The notes beneath the pieces were generated by a model. The model was not told where the DNA came from. It did not search any database and saw nothing but the letters and a program-made list of their open reading frames with translations. Both the position numbers and the translations under genes were made by a program. From a virus (Duplodnaviria; Caudoviricetes), in IMG/VR virus record IMGVR_UViG_3300033068_001989, positions 32,001-96,000 of that record: a stretch of DNA of 64,000 nt; one strand, written 5' to 3'. Numbering within the stretch: position 1 is the first letter of the stretch; each line of letters starts with the position of its first letter. This document shows, piece after piece, positions 29,338 through 40,300 of the stretch.

Positions 29338-32300
29338 TTATCCTCTCTAAATGTCGCATCCGGATTATTATATACAGTAAATCCTGATCCAAAAGGAATA
29401 ATTCCATCTCTAAGTATGGCAGCTTGCTCCTCAGCAAGATCCTTGGATAATTTATGTACTTGATAATCTCTACCAGGGAAAACTTCTGGTTCACCATAAT
29501 CAAAAGAGTTAACAAAATCCGGACGTCTATCGTCTGGATTTTTTTGTTTATGGTTTATAACTTCTATGTACCCAGGATTTGTCTGCATGTACACGTTACC
29601 AGCCGCATCCTCAACGCTATTATAAATTGTATAGTTACCAGGGGCTGTGAATGTATAGATGAAATAAGGGGTGTCTTTTACGTTTAAAATCTCATCTCCT
29701 GTTACAGAATTACTAAGTATCCATTTATTGTTTTGCTTACCGTAAATATTTGAAGCATAATTATTAAAAACAACAGTTGTCATAAGAGGTATTTTCATTC
29801 CGCTATCAGTAGAATGAACATCGCACCACGTCCATGCTCCCGATCCTGGTCTGGATATAATTTGTCCCATATTAAGACCAAGCTCAGATTTATATTTTTT
29901 GCTTAATAAACTGAAACCGGTATTCGGATCCAAATAAATATACCCATCACCAGCTACATCGGAGGATGTTGTGTAATAACCAGACATAAAAAGATTCCCG
30001 TCAGAATCAGAACACAGAGTAAATGTTTGTGGATCTATCCCTCCGAAATTAATATCATCCAATATAACCCCATTCATATCAGTTTTTATAACATGTCTAT
30101 ATGGTGTGACCATGAATGTTGGGCTTATGTCAAGTCCTCTATACGAGATGTAATATTGATCATTTCCGGATAAAACAACAGAATCAAGGTATAATAAAGA
30201 AGAACTCTTATCAATGAAGGTACTATAGAAAGTTTTTTGAGTTCCTTGCTCTGTTATACCAGACGTTAAAAAATAAGTACCAGTTGAAGAATCAGCAACA
30301 AAATTATTTCCAAGATAACTACCAGACCCGCCAAATTCAGTAGTTATGTAATACATCGATTGATTGTTGGAGACCCTTGGTAAATACGAGCTTCCAGTTT
30401 TACCACCCAGATATCCACCAGTTAATCCAATTCCTGCATTATCAACTATGAGATAAAACTGATTATACGTTCCCTCGGTAGAAATAAAATCAACCCCACA
30501 CATATTAAAAGATCGATTAGAATTTCCGCTTATTAATGTACTAGAATCATTATGCATAGATTTAGTACTGCTTATATTTTTAATCGATGATGTGGAAGAA
30601 CCTATTTCATATGTAGTTGAATCCGAGGTAGTCATAAGTGATAGATCATCAGAGGATAATCGTACATAAGATAGGACACTATCACCAGACCAGGTTTGAG
30701 ATATATTATAGGGTACTCCTAATATTTTTTCGGAAGTGTAATATCCATCACTATTTCTTCTCCATAAGTTTTTTAACGTAGAAACATCAGCAGTTTTTAT
30801 GGCTGGTCTACTAGCTGTTAAATTTATATACGATTTAATAGTAAGATTTATGGAATATTTAGTTACATCAATTTTTGTTTCCTTTACATCAGTTCTTTTT
30901 GATTCATATTTTGCTGGAAAGTGACGGAATCCCAATCCTCTATACGATTTTCTAATATCACTAAGATAATCCGAATTAATTCCAAGACCGGTAAACGATG
31001 TAGTATTACCAAGATCTCTTCCTATTTTAGCAACAAATGGGCTATTACATATTATTTGATTGGTATCCCAATATTGTGTTCTAGTATTCAGATATCCAAC
31101 ACTAGGAAAAACCCCAGTCTTCGTTGAATAGAAAAGAAAATCAGATACATCACCAATAGTTTGTATAAATGGTCCGGTTGCACCTGATGCATGGCTAACA
31201 TTAAATTTAAGACCAGAAAGCCCCACAAGGGTCTCGATAGATTCTATAATATAGGAAACACCACCAATAACACTCGTTATATTTATAACATTTCCGGTAA
31301 CAAGATTTTGAAGTTGCGACGTTTGGTTACCATTAGTGTCGATATAATTGAATGTTATTGACGTAACGTCTTCAAATGTTTGATTTGGACTTTGTGTTAT
31401 ACAGAAACCTGCTGTTATAGGTGGATAAGTGGTTCCAAATTCCCATGATCCGTTACCTATTACACTATTCGATGATGCCCACGGAAATTCAGATGCATAT
31501 TCATTATAGTAATTAATATTTGTTAACCCGGCTGGAGCTCCAGTTGGACCACCTCTTAATACATTTTCGGTTTCCAGAGAATCCCAAATATATGGACCAT
31601 CCTCAATAAATCTCGTAAAATATCCAGAAACTGATATAAAATTACCATCCTCTGATGGTGCTATGTCCTGAACAAATGTCCGATGTCCTCTGAATGGTAT
31701 AATAGAATCAACGGAACCATATTCGTTATAACAAACAACAAATCCCATTGTCCCGGAATCAAGAGAACTTGATCCAGCATTTACTGTATCAGTCTTACCA
31801 CCTAGAGTTGGATTTAGATTTTTTAAACTTGCAGGATTCCCATTATAATCATATCCAAATATTGCTTCAACATTTCCTGTTAGATTACCACCAATATAAT
31901 ATTTTATACCATGTCTAGTCTTAATAGTAGTTGAGCACGTTATAGCAATACTTCCGGGGCTAATACCACTAAATGGATTAGGTGGAGAAAATTTATTTAA
32001 TTGTATCTGTTCATTAAAATATGGAGAATCTATAGAATCTAAAAATTGTTTTTCCTCGAAAGTTTCAATTGGCCAATTATTCCAGTATGGTTTCTTACCT
32101 GCACTTCCGTCAGCTATATCGCTAAGTTTAGTTGTAAGGAAAAGATTTCTTTCATCAAGACCTGGAAATTTTTTAGCTAGATATGAATCCTGATAAACTC
32201 TCCATTCAGGATAATCCCATGTGTATTTATTAACCTTAGGTATCGGAGCATTGTTAAGAAAAACCACATCATTGAAATTGGTAAAATTCCACCCGGTCGC

Positions 32301-33443
32301 ACCTGCATGTTTGGAACTACCATAAACGTGAGGTTGATCATAATTAAAGGTAGCAAGATCGTTATAACAAAGAACCCATAAAGAATTCTCATATAATTTA
32401 AGATTTTTTTGTTTGGTGTTATGCTTTATTAATTTGATATCTAATACATTATTGTTCTGTATATAAGTTTGTGATGAGTGAGGGAGAGAAGTCCCATCAG
32501 TAAATTGTGTCCATGTTGAACCGTTGAAGTGCCAAAGACCAGTACCCTCATTTAATTCACCGTCACCTATACTACAAAAAACATGCCCATTAGGTCTTGC
32601 AACAACTTTAGTTATTGGTCCAGGTGATATTATTCCGGTGTCAGTGGAATAGAAATTCCAGAATTTCTTACCGTTGAAAAAGGAAAGACCTATATCAGTT
32701 CCTATCCATAGATTACCGTCCTCATCAAGATCTATAGAATAGATATTATCCGAGATTATCTCCGAAGTTTTTGTATTATAAACCTCAGCCTGCTCTATAA
32801 TCTGACCACCACCATTCAGATATTGGACTTCCTGTGATCCCTCCGGTATTGAAAATAGACCCTCTGATGTCGCTACATAATAAAAATACTCCTTACCTGA
32901 ATATCCCTTAGCTTTTATGTCGTATATATGTGGCCAATTATATCCAGGAACTACTTCATTCCATTTATCTATCTCCTTAAAATATCTAAAAAGTCTCCCT
33001 CCTGTTACCCCATTTACCTCAGTATATCCAGTTGTACCTGTACCACCTATACCATTCAGTGGGGTAGAAAAAGCAAGAACGTCGTCACCAAACGGACACG
33101 AATAAACTAGAGATATTTCTTGAGGTTCGTTAAATATACCAAGGTCTGAAAAATTCCAGGACTTTCCCTTTGAAACGTCATTCGTATCTAGATTGAAAAC
33201 AGCAAATTCATTAAGACCCGCAGTTGGTCCCTGTGCAACTCCTGCCCATAAAATATCCTCATTGTCAATGTCTATACTTCTAGTATCTAGAAAATATGGA
33301 AATCCACTAGGAACAGCGGAATTATTATGATCATAATATTCCCACGATTCACCATTAAATTTTCTAATATCCTGACCGCATCCCCATACATAGAATTCGC
33401 TATCTATAGCTATTTGATTCATTATTAAACCGTAACTTGCCAT
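29334..33443 (-). CDS. beta-propeller-rich virion/adhesion protein (Reg_prop-like repeats, C-terminal PKD-like domain)
   Basis: SDNIYSIDLDEDGNLWIGTDIGLSFFNG-type repeats; further propeller blades (DSDGNLFMSGY); C-terminal YTFTAPGNYTI. Confidence 0.7.
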   Translation of the reverse strand: MASYGLIMNQIAIDSEFYVWGCGQDIRKFNGESWEYYDHNNSAVPSGFPYFLDTRSIDIDNEDILWAGVAQGPTAGLNEFAVFNLDTNDVSKGKSWNFSDLGIFNEPQEISLVYSCPFGDDVLAFSTPLNGIGGTGTTGYTEVNGVTGGRLFRYFKEIDKWNEVVPGYNWPHIYDIKAKGYSGKEYFYYVATSEGLFSIPEGSQEVQYLNGGGQIIEQAEVYNTKTSEIISDNIYSIDLDEDGNLWIGTDIGLSFFNGKKFWNFYSTDTGIISPGPITKVVARPNGHVFCSIGDGELNEGTGLWHFNGSTWTQFTDGTSLPHSSQTYIQNNNVLDIKLIKHNTKQKNLKLYENSLWVLCYNDLATFNYDQPHVYGSSKHAGATGWNFTNFNDVVFLNNAPIPKVNKYTWDYPEWRVYQDSYLAKKFPGLDERNLFLTTKLSDIADGSAGKKPYWNNWPIETFEEKQFLDSIDSPYFNEQIQLNKFSPPNPFSGISPGSIAITCSTTIKTRHGIKYYIGGNLTGNVEAIFGYDYNGNPASLKNLNPTLGGKTDTVNAGSSSLDSGTMGFVVCYNEYGSVDSIIPFRGHRTFVQDIAPSEDGNFISVSGYFTRFIEDGPYIWDSLETENVLRGGPTGAPAGLTNINYYNEYASEFPWASSNSVIGNGSWEFGTTYPPITAGFCITQSPNQTFEDVTSITFNYIDTNGNQTSQLQNLVTGNVINITSVIGGVSYIIESIETLVGLSGLKFNVSHASGATGPFIQTIGDVSDFLFYSTKTGVFPSVGYLNTRTQYWDTNQIICNSPFVAKIGRDLGNTTSFTGLGINSDYLSDIRKSYRGLGFRHFPAKYESKRTDVKETKIDVTKYSINLTIKSYINLTASRPAIKTADVSTLKNLWRRNSDGYYTSEKILGVPYNISQTWSGDSVLSYVRLSSDDLSLMTTSDSTTYEIGSSTSSIKNISSTKSMHNDSSTLISGNSNRSFNMCGVDFISTEGTYNQFYLIVDNAGIGLTGGYLGGKTGSSYLPRVSNNQSMYYITTEFGGSGSYLGNNFVADSSTGTYFLTSGITEQGTQKTFYSTFIDKSSSLLYLDSVVLSGNDQYYISYRGLDISPTFMVTPYRHVIKTDMNGVILDDINFGGIDPQTFTLCSDSDGNLFMSGYYTTSSDVAGDGYIYLDPNTGFSLLSKKYKSELGLNMGQIISRPGSGAWTWCDVHSTDSGMKIPLMTTVVFNNYASNIYGKQNNKWILSNSVTGDEILNVKDTPYFIYTFTAPGNYTIYNSVEDAAGNVYMQTNPGYIEVINHKQKNPDDRRPDFVNSFDYGEPEVFPGRDYQVHKLSKDLAEEQAAILRDGIIPFGSGFTVYNNPDATFREDN

Positions 33444-33463
33444 TTATTTAATTTTTATTAATT

Positions 33464-35344
33464 TTATAAAGATCCACCAATTTTCCAACCTCTAAAATAA
33501 TTGGTATGTGAAGAGGAAGGAACTGTTATTTTTGAAGGTAATCCGGTCCAAGATTCCATATCACTACCTTCCTTATTAACATCAGATGCAAGATTAATCC
33601 CAGGAAATTCAATACCTTCTGATTTTACGATATTTATGAAGTTAGTCATCTTATCACCCCACATTATCTCGATTGAGTGTATGTATTTATTACCGTACGT
33701 TGCACTTGTTAATGGATCCTTTATAGACATCTTAATACCTCCAAAATTTTTATTCGAATATAAATTTTCTTCTCCACCGTCGTAATACGGTCTTAAATCA
33801 TCATTGTCCTCGAATATTATATTATTTGATAGCCCACCGGGTTGTGATGCTATTCCGGAATTCATTAAATATGCTATACCTTTTTCCCCACCAAATGATG
33901 TATCTTTTGCACATATTAGATACTGATCAGGGCTATTTCCCTTCTCTCCCCATTCAGAAAGTATGAATTGAAAATTAGAAATTTGAGATCCTGCTGAATC
34001 CCTAAGTATTAATCTTACATCAACGTGATAATCACTAACAAGATCATAAATTTCCTTAAGCATCGAGCCGGAAGGTATACAAACACCATGATAATATTCT
34101 ATAGGATATACATAGCCATCTTCTGCCCACCATCCACCATCCCACGCATATCCGCTATAGTTTTTCTTAAACCCTATTCCGGATGCAAGATCAGCAAATG
34201 GTGGACGTATGAAATAACCGAATGGCGAAATACCAACATAAGTCTTCATATATCCGCCATTCTCTATAAATTTACTTGAACCGGAAAGATAATACTCATT
34301 AGAAACAAAATCATTAATAGCATCACTATTCCATTTTCTTAATCCATCTATTAAATCAGTAAAAGTAATCCCTGATGTATTATCAGTTATATAAAATCTA
34401 CTATCAAATTTTGATGATATGTCGTTTGGAATTATATAATTTCCTGTCATTATTCTGTCCATCGATGAATAACCTCCAGTAACGCCAGCAGAAAGAAGGG
34501 AATTACCAGTAAGAATCATATTAGTCTTTATTGGGCTATAATTCCTAGATATATCTGGGCTATTAACCCATAGATAAACAGCTTCCTGTGTAGAGTGAAA
34601 GCTTATATTATCCCATTTTGGTGAATATGGTCCAAGATCTATCTTAAGAATTATACTATTTCCGGGTAGACCTATTCCTGCTGTCCTCAGAGCAAGCGTA
34701 GAAACATTATAATATTTTCCTGCTGTAGCATAGGTTCCAGGTGACCAATAATTAACTTCCTCCTCAACCCCAATTTTTCTAAAATTTATTCCTCTATTTA
34801 TTACCGAAGCGTTACCAGCAACAGATGTGGAATCGAGGCTAACATTAGAGAGGTATGTTGAATCAGGAGCTCCTATGTAGGTTCCGGTCAATGTATACCA
34901 ATCGGTACATAAATATGTCACTGATGATAATAAAGGGCCAGACGTAGCACCTAATTGTGGGATATTCCAAGAATATGATGAATATCCACTGCTCACGCTC
35001 CCAGTAGCTGAATATGTTATCGAGCTGCTCATCCTACTAACGGGGGGATCGTAAATAACAACACCAGGTCCCTGCGTTATTTCTATAGCAGGAGAGAAAA
35101 TTTCGGGATAAACGACTATTATATTCGATTTAAAAGCTTCAGCGGTTATACCACCGGCACCAGTTATAACTAATCCTGTACTATACCCAGAATAATTAAC
35201 ACCATAATACTTAACAGAAGGTCCATAAGCAGCACCTGTGCTTGGTGTTCCACCTTGGAATACCCATTCTCTGGATATCGCACCAGTGCTAAGATCGTAA
35301 TAATATATGGAATCCCCCTGATTTATACCTAATTGTCCTGACAT
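33464..35344 (-). CDS. PKD-domain virion protein
   Basis: N-terminal GDSIYYYDLSTGAISREWVFQGGTPS..PSVKY is a Bacteroidetes-type PKD motif; second repeat SYSWNIP. Confidence 0.65.
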   Translation of the reverse strand: MSGQLGINQGDSIYYYDLSTGAISREWVFQGGTPSTGAAYGPSVKYYGVNYSGYSTGLVITGAGGITAEAFKSNIIVVYPEIFSPAIEITQGPGVVIYDPPVSRMSSSITYSATGSVSSGYSSYSWNIPQLGATSGPLLSSVTYLCTDWYTLTGTYIGAPDSTYLSNVSLDSTSVAGNASVINRGINFRKIGVEEEVNYWSPGTYATAGKYYNVSTLALRTAGIGLPGNSIILKIDLGPYSPKWDNISFHSTQEAVYLWVNSPDISRNYSPIKTNMILTGNSLLSAGVTGGYSSMDRIMTGNYIIPNDISSKFDSRFYITDNTSGITFTDLIDGLRKWNSDAINDFVSNEYYLSGSSKFIENGGYMKTYVGISPFGYFIRPPFADLASGIGFKKNYSGYAWDGGWWAEDGYVYPIEYYHGVCIPSGSMLKEIYDLVSDYHVDVRLILRDSAGSQISNFQFILSEWGEKGNSPDQYLICAKDTSFGGEKGIAYLMNSGIASQPGGLSNNIIFEDNDDLRPYYDGGEENLYSNKNFGGIKMSIKDPLTSATYGNKYIHSIEIMWGDKMTNFINIVKSEGIEFPGINLASDVNKEGSDMESWTGLPSKITVPSSSHTNYFRGWKIGGSL

Positions 35345-35364
35345 CTAACTATTTTTATTCAGAA

Positions 35365-35372
35365 TATATATC
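35365..35372 (-). promoter_or_regulatory. putative late promoter GATATATA
   Basis: Motif 20 nt upstream of ATG 35344. Confidence 0.6.
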
Positions 35373-35393
35373 TAAATAAAATAGGTACAAAAA

Positions 35394-36356
35394 CTATTGG
35401 TTATTTCTTTTGCCCTTGGCGTATAATATTGCTTGCACGTAATTATAAGTATTGTGCTTATCGTCAATTTTACTAAAGTCCTCGCCCCATGGTGATTTAT
35501 TTATAAATTCACCCTTATAGAAAAATTTGCCACCTCCATTATCAACAACACCAGCATTGTGCATTATCTTGTGTCTTTTCCATTCAGTTGTTCCGTAGAA
35601 AGACCCCCAGCTAAAACCAAGCTCTTCCGATATTCTAACCTGATTACCTCTTTTAAGTCCACACCATAAAACAGCCCACATGTCTGCACACCATTTTTGG
35701 ATTGGATTATAAGAGACGAGATGTGATTCATCTAATATTGACCTCTCAGAATCTTCTCTCTCGCTCATATATTTATATAAATCCAGCGAAATGAATTCAA
35801 CTTCCTTCCAAAATTCACTATCTATACCTTTCATTAGATATTGAGCCCCCCCTGAATTTTTATTATTATCGGATACAAGATCAGGATCAATACCTGCAAT
35901 ATTACACATTTCAATGAAAAGATCTTCAGATTTTGATTTTATATAATCGGATCCTATATAAGAAACAGTATCGCTAAGATACCAGATATTATCATTTGTT
36001 AGCTTGTCAAAATCTGGGAGTTCTCTAAATATTATATCAGAATCATGATAAAATATATTTTCATTAGATAATTCCGGATAAGCAGCAAAATGCTTGGAGA
36101 GTATATTTGGTCTAATTACTGGGATATATCCATAATCATTCATTTTATCTTTCTTGTAGAAAAATACTCTAACATACGGATATCTTCCAGCAAGATCCAT
36201 ACCCTCAGCAGAAGGAACACTTTCATAGCCAAAAACTATTTCTATCCAGTTTGGGTTTATTCCATTTTTTATAGCATTATTTATGAAAACCTCAACCTGC
36301 CAATGAAAATAAGGAACATCGGGTTGGGCACAAATAAAAACAACTTTATTCTGCAT
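35394..36356 (-). CDS. GT-A fold glycosyltransferase resembling SGT1/HPAT (GT96/GT95) peptide O-glycosyltransferases
   Basis: DxD motif FYHDSDIIF; YFHWQ, YIPVIRP, WCADMWA and IMHN motifs. Confidence 0.75.
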   Translation of the reverse strand: MQNKVVFICAQPDVPYFHWQVEVFINNAIKNGINPNWIEIVFGYESVPSAEGMDLAGRYPYVRVFFYKKDKMNDYGYIPVIRPNILSKHFAAYPELSNENIFYHDSDIIFRELPDFDKLTNDNIWYLSDTVSYIGSDYIKSKSEDLFIEMCNIAGIDPDLVSDNNKNSGGAQYLMKGIDSEFWKEVEFISLDLYKYMSEREDSERSILDESHLVSYNPIQKWCADMWAVLWCGLKRGNQVRISEELGFSWGSFYGTTEWKRHKIMHNAGVVDNGGGKFFYKGEFINKSPWGEDFSKIDDKHNTYNYVQAILYAKGKRNNQ

Positions 36357-36372
36357 AATCTATATTTTATAG

Positions 36373-36401
36373 ATTATACATTAATAATAAATTAATGTTC
36401 C
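36373..36401 (-). promoter_or_regulatory. putative promoter GGAAC-N17-GTATAAT of the glycosyltransferase
   Basis: Identical boxes and spacing to 48219-48247. Confidence 0.55.
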
Positions 36402-36403
36402 GT

Positions 36404-37324
36404 TTAAATAGTACATTCGACATAATCATTAAATACAGCTTGAACATTAAGATAAATATTAAATGGAGTAGCCGAGATGGTACCATAATTATAGCAGCCA
36501 GGTCCTAGGTATGATCCGCCACACGAACCGGAAGTAATAGTAGGAGGAAGAGTATCCCCGCAATAGTAGAAGTCATTAAGACATCCGTCGGTTGAAGATG
36601 AACCTCTAGAAAAAGTTAAAGGTATCAATGTTCCATTTCTCAGTACACCGACTAAAAGAGTAGAACCGATAAGGAATGCGGTGGATGCCTTTAATGTCAT
36701 CGTTGTTGTTAGAGAACCAGAATATATCGAGGTCCAGTTTGAACCGCCATCCTCACTAGTAACTATCTCAATATCATTCAATCCAGCAGATACACTTCCG
36801 CTTCTTTTAGCGAAGAAGCTAATTAGTGCAGTGGTTGGACAAGGAGAATCATACGTAAGATTAACAGTGTCCCAATACCAAACATCAGTTCCATCCGAAT
36901 AATAACCAGCACCTGCTATCAGACTACAACCAACAGGATATGTCTGGTCAAAAAGCAATGAACCGTTCCATTGGTAGTTACCTGGTGAAGCATAATAATT
37001 ATCACAAGCGGCTTGAGTATCAAATTCGTCAAAGCCGTACAGAATATTTACACACGAGGAAGTTGTTGTAGTTGTCGTCGTACTGGTCGTAGTTGTAGTT
37101 ATTCCGGATATACTTAAAAATATTTCGCTTGTACAGTTTACATTATTAGATTTTACCTTAATTGTTGTGGCAGCATTAGGTACAAGTGTAGAATTATATC
37201 CGCTAATAAGTGAAGCTCTAGATACTCCGGTTTGAAATGGAGAAGCATACGAATCAACATTTGAATATAGATCGAATGGTCCAGTATCTAATCCTGGTGA
37301 TGTCAATGTTATTGTTACTGTCAT
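36404..37324 (-). CDS. Ig-like/Thr-linker virion decoration protein
   Basis: N-terminal domain (DTGPFDLYS...TTIKVKS...C), poly-Thr linker TTTTTSTTTTTTTSS, Cys-containing C-terminal modules. Confidence 0.65.
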   Translation of the reverse strand: MTVTITLTSPGLDTGPFDLYSNVDSYASPFQTGVSRASLISGYNSTLVPNAATTIKVKSNNVNCTSEIFLSISGITTTTTSTTTTTTTSSCVNILYGFDEFDTQAACDNYYASPGNYQWNGSLLFDQTYPVGCSLIAGAGYYSDGTDVWYWDTVNLTYDSPCPTTALISFFAKRSGSVSAGLNDIEIVTSEDGGSNWTSIYSGSLTTTMTLKASTAFLIGSTLLVGVLRNGTLIPLTFSRGSSSTDGCLNDFYYCGDTLPPTITSGSCGGSYLGPGCYNYGTISATPFNIYLNVQAVFNDYVECTI

Positions 37325-37333
37325 TTTTTATCT

Positions 37334-40300
37334 TTAAGTTATTGTTATAGTATAATTATATTGGGCATTTCCAGGAGTCACATTAAGGATAGCTTCATAA
37401 TTAGGTGAATTAAATGTGAAATTAACAGGGCCAACAGTAGAACCAGCAGTTAATCTTGCTTGTCTAGAAGTATTAATTCCACTTCCTGGTGTAAATACAA
37501 TTTTAAATGTACCGGTACTAGGAACACTAAAAGTATTATTCATCGGTAAATACACAAAAGTATTATTAGGTATTGATGCATATCCAGTTGAATAATCATT
37601 ATAAGGTACACTATTTATAAATATTGTCCATGTACCAGCTATTAGTGACCCACTATTATTGGTTACTGTAAATGATCCATAAGGATTAATAGTTGTTGTT
37701 GTTGTTGTACTAGATGTTGTTGTTGTACTCGTTGTTGTTGTTGGCGGAACATAAACTACCGCGCTACCACTAGGTAAGCTACAGTCAAAAGGCGAGAATG
37801 TCGTAGTTGTTGTAGTTGTTGTCGTAGGAGCTAATGTTGTTGTAGTAGTTGTACTTGTAGTACTGGTTGTTGTAGTACTGGTTGTTGTAGTACTAGTAGT
37901 TGTTGTACTAGTAGTTGTTGTAACAGGAGCACCACCAGTATATCCAAACTCAGCTAAAAGAAGTCCGCTTCCACCAATCAATGAAGGTGGCGGGTAATGT
38001 GGACCATTAACAAGCCCAATGTTAGCGATATCAACATTTATTGGACCAGTTGTTGTTAGTAACGATCCAGCATCGTCAGGTATCACTCTATAATAAAAAT
38101 TTGTTATGTTTGGATCTCCGTTATTAAGTTGTTCCGCTGCACTAGATAGTGTCAATTGATTATTAAAGGGACCAGTAACTCCATAAAAAACTAATGTTTC
38201 TGGGAATGGATATGTCTCATTCCCTGTTGAAATTGATAGATTGTCAAACCTGAGGAGCGAATGCAACTCGTATCCACCTAGCCAGTCATTATTGAATTCA
38301 TAATCGTACCAAGAGTGTGCATAGCCATCGTCCCATGTACTTTCGTTGAATATCTCCCAATTTAATCTTTTGGTCCCCCAATATTTCAGATTTGGATTTG
38401 GGTAATTTTCCATTTCCTCCTCCCAATAAACATAATAATCAATAGGATTAACACCACCTGTTAATGCAGGGGTAATGGATAACAAATCAATAGATCCGCT
38501 TTCCTCAGCTCTTAATTCAATCCCATTCTGATCTGCACCAAGTTCACTCGGTGCATATATCGTGATTGTAACAGGATCAGCTTGTGGATTTTCACATGAA
38601 GCAAAATAATCAGGATAAGTTCTAAGTGAGTTCACAGAAGATGTTATTTCGTTTGCAGTATTATATAAACTATCTCCAGTTTGACTATATCCAATCAATC
38701 TATTATTAACGTATATCGACAAACTTCCACCACCTAAAACCTTTTGTGAATTGTATATTGACGTATCAACATATAGTTTTTTAGGAGATGTTGTTTGAAG
38801 CAGAACTCCGCTCCATGAAAATTCAAGGGTAATTGGTATATTGAACGAATAAGAATCTATAATTGTTGCTGGCCATCTACCGTTAATCTGAGATATACTT
38901 CCAGTTATTGTTACATAATCATCATCATTAAGATCATGAGGTAAAGTTGTAGTAATCACAGAATATCCATATTGTCCGCTAATACCAGAGATTTCGAAAG
39001 ATTCAATACTAGAAACATTAAGGGTTATCTGGGTAATTGTTATATCTCCATATGCTCCCACCGATGGCTCCGTTGTTCTAACATAAAGATCCTGTCCGTC
39101 GTCAGCCTTATTTCCATATGTTGCAAAATCCAATATCTCGGACGGAATCGTTTTTTTGACTTCGTCTATGGTTGATCCTTCTGCGGGATACTCCCACATC
39201 GAATCATATTCTTTCCATTCTCTATCGACATTTTCCCATAGATAATTTTCAACCTCCCTGTATCTAGTCCAGGAATCAATATCAACAGTTTTAGGATCTA
39301 CGAAAATTGAAGCATTCTTAATAACGCTGGTCTTCGCATTAAAGGCATCATACGTGTTGCATATGACCTGATATTCACCAGTGTAAGGTAAGAAGTGCGC
39401 TAGCTTATAATAGTCCACTATAGATCCTCTAAATTCGAAATGATAAGGTGTACCTGGTTGGGTTGCTGACTTATTAAGTATCCACTCGATTTCCATCATG
39501 TTGGAGAAATCAACATTTTTCCAATTTAGCATCGTATAATTCTGAACAGTGGAAAAAAGCTCGTTCTCGCCGAATGTTCCACTAGTTGAGTCATCTAATG
39601 CAACGTCATATTCACCACTACTATAATAAACAGTTGTAACCGTACCAAATATACCACTAGACTTAACCTTAACCCTATCACCAGGTCTGTACGTAGGAAC
39701 TAATAGAGCATCCCAGTTTATATTTAATTCGTTCCATTCCCATCTATCAGGAGTTAGCTCCAGTATAACTGGCATACCAACAGGGGTATTGTAAATTTTT
39801 CCTGTTACTGGATCAGTATATGCAGGAGGATCAAATCTACCATCACCAAGTTCTAATATCTTTCCATTCTGTTTAAGATCATAGAAATTAGCAATAGCAG
39901 ACAATAACGAATCATTCTGTGCTGGCGTGTAAATCTGCTGAGAATCGAGAGGATTTATTATGTTGCCAAGATCTGATATCGTAGACTGAATTATTTCTAT
40001 GGTACCAGATAACAAAGAAGGGTTATAGTTGGAATAATAATGTATTATCCCCGATGTTTCTGGAGCTATATACCACTCCAAAGAATTACCACCAGTTGCT
40101 CCGTTATTAATTATTCCAGTTGGTACATTATTTTCCCATTGTGAAGGACTACCAGGGAATCCAGAAAAAGATGTAATTGAAAAATCAATTCCATATCCCG
40201 AAGGATCGTTGACATTAAATGTATACGTTTTTCCTGCCTCTAGCTTTAAAATTGGATTATCACCAGTAATTCCATATGGTATATCACCAGAAAAACTAAC

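Noticed and set aside
35394-36356. DNA glucosyltransferase (T4 agt/bgt type)
   Set aside because: Those enzymes are GT-B fold; this protein has a DxD GT-A pattern and sits among tail genes. A DNA substrate is not strictly excluded.
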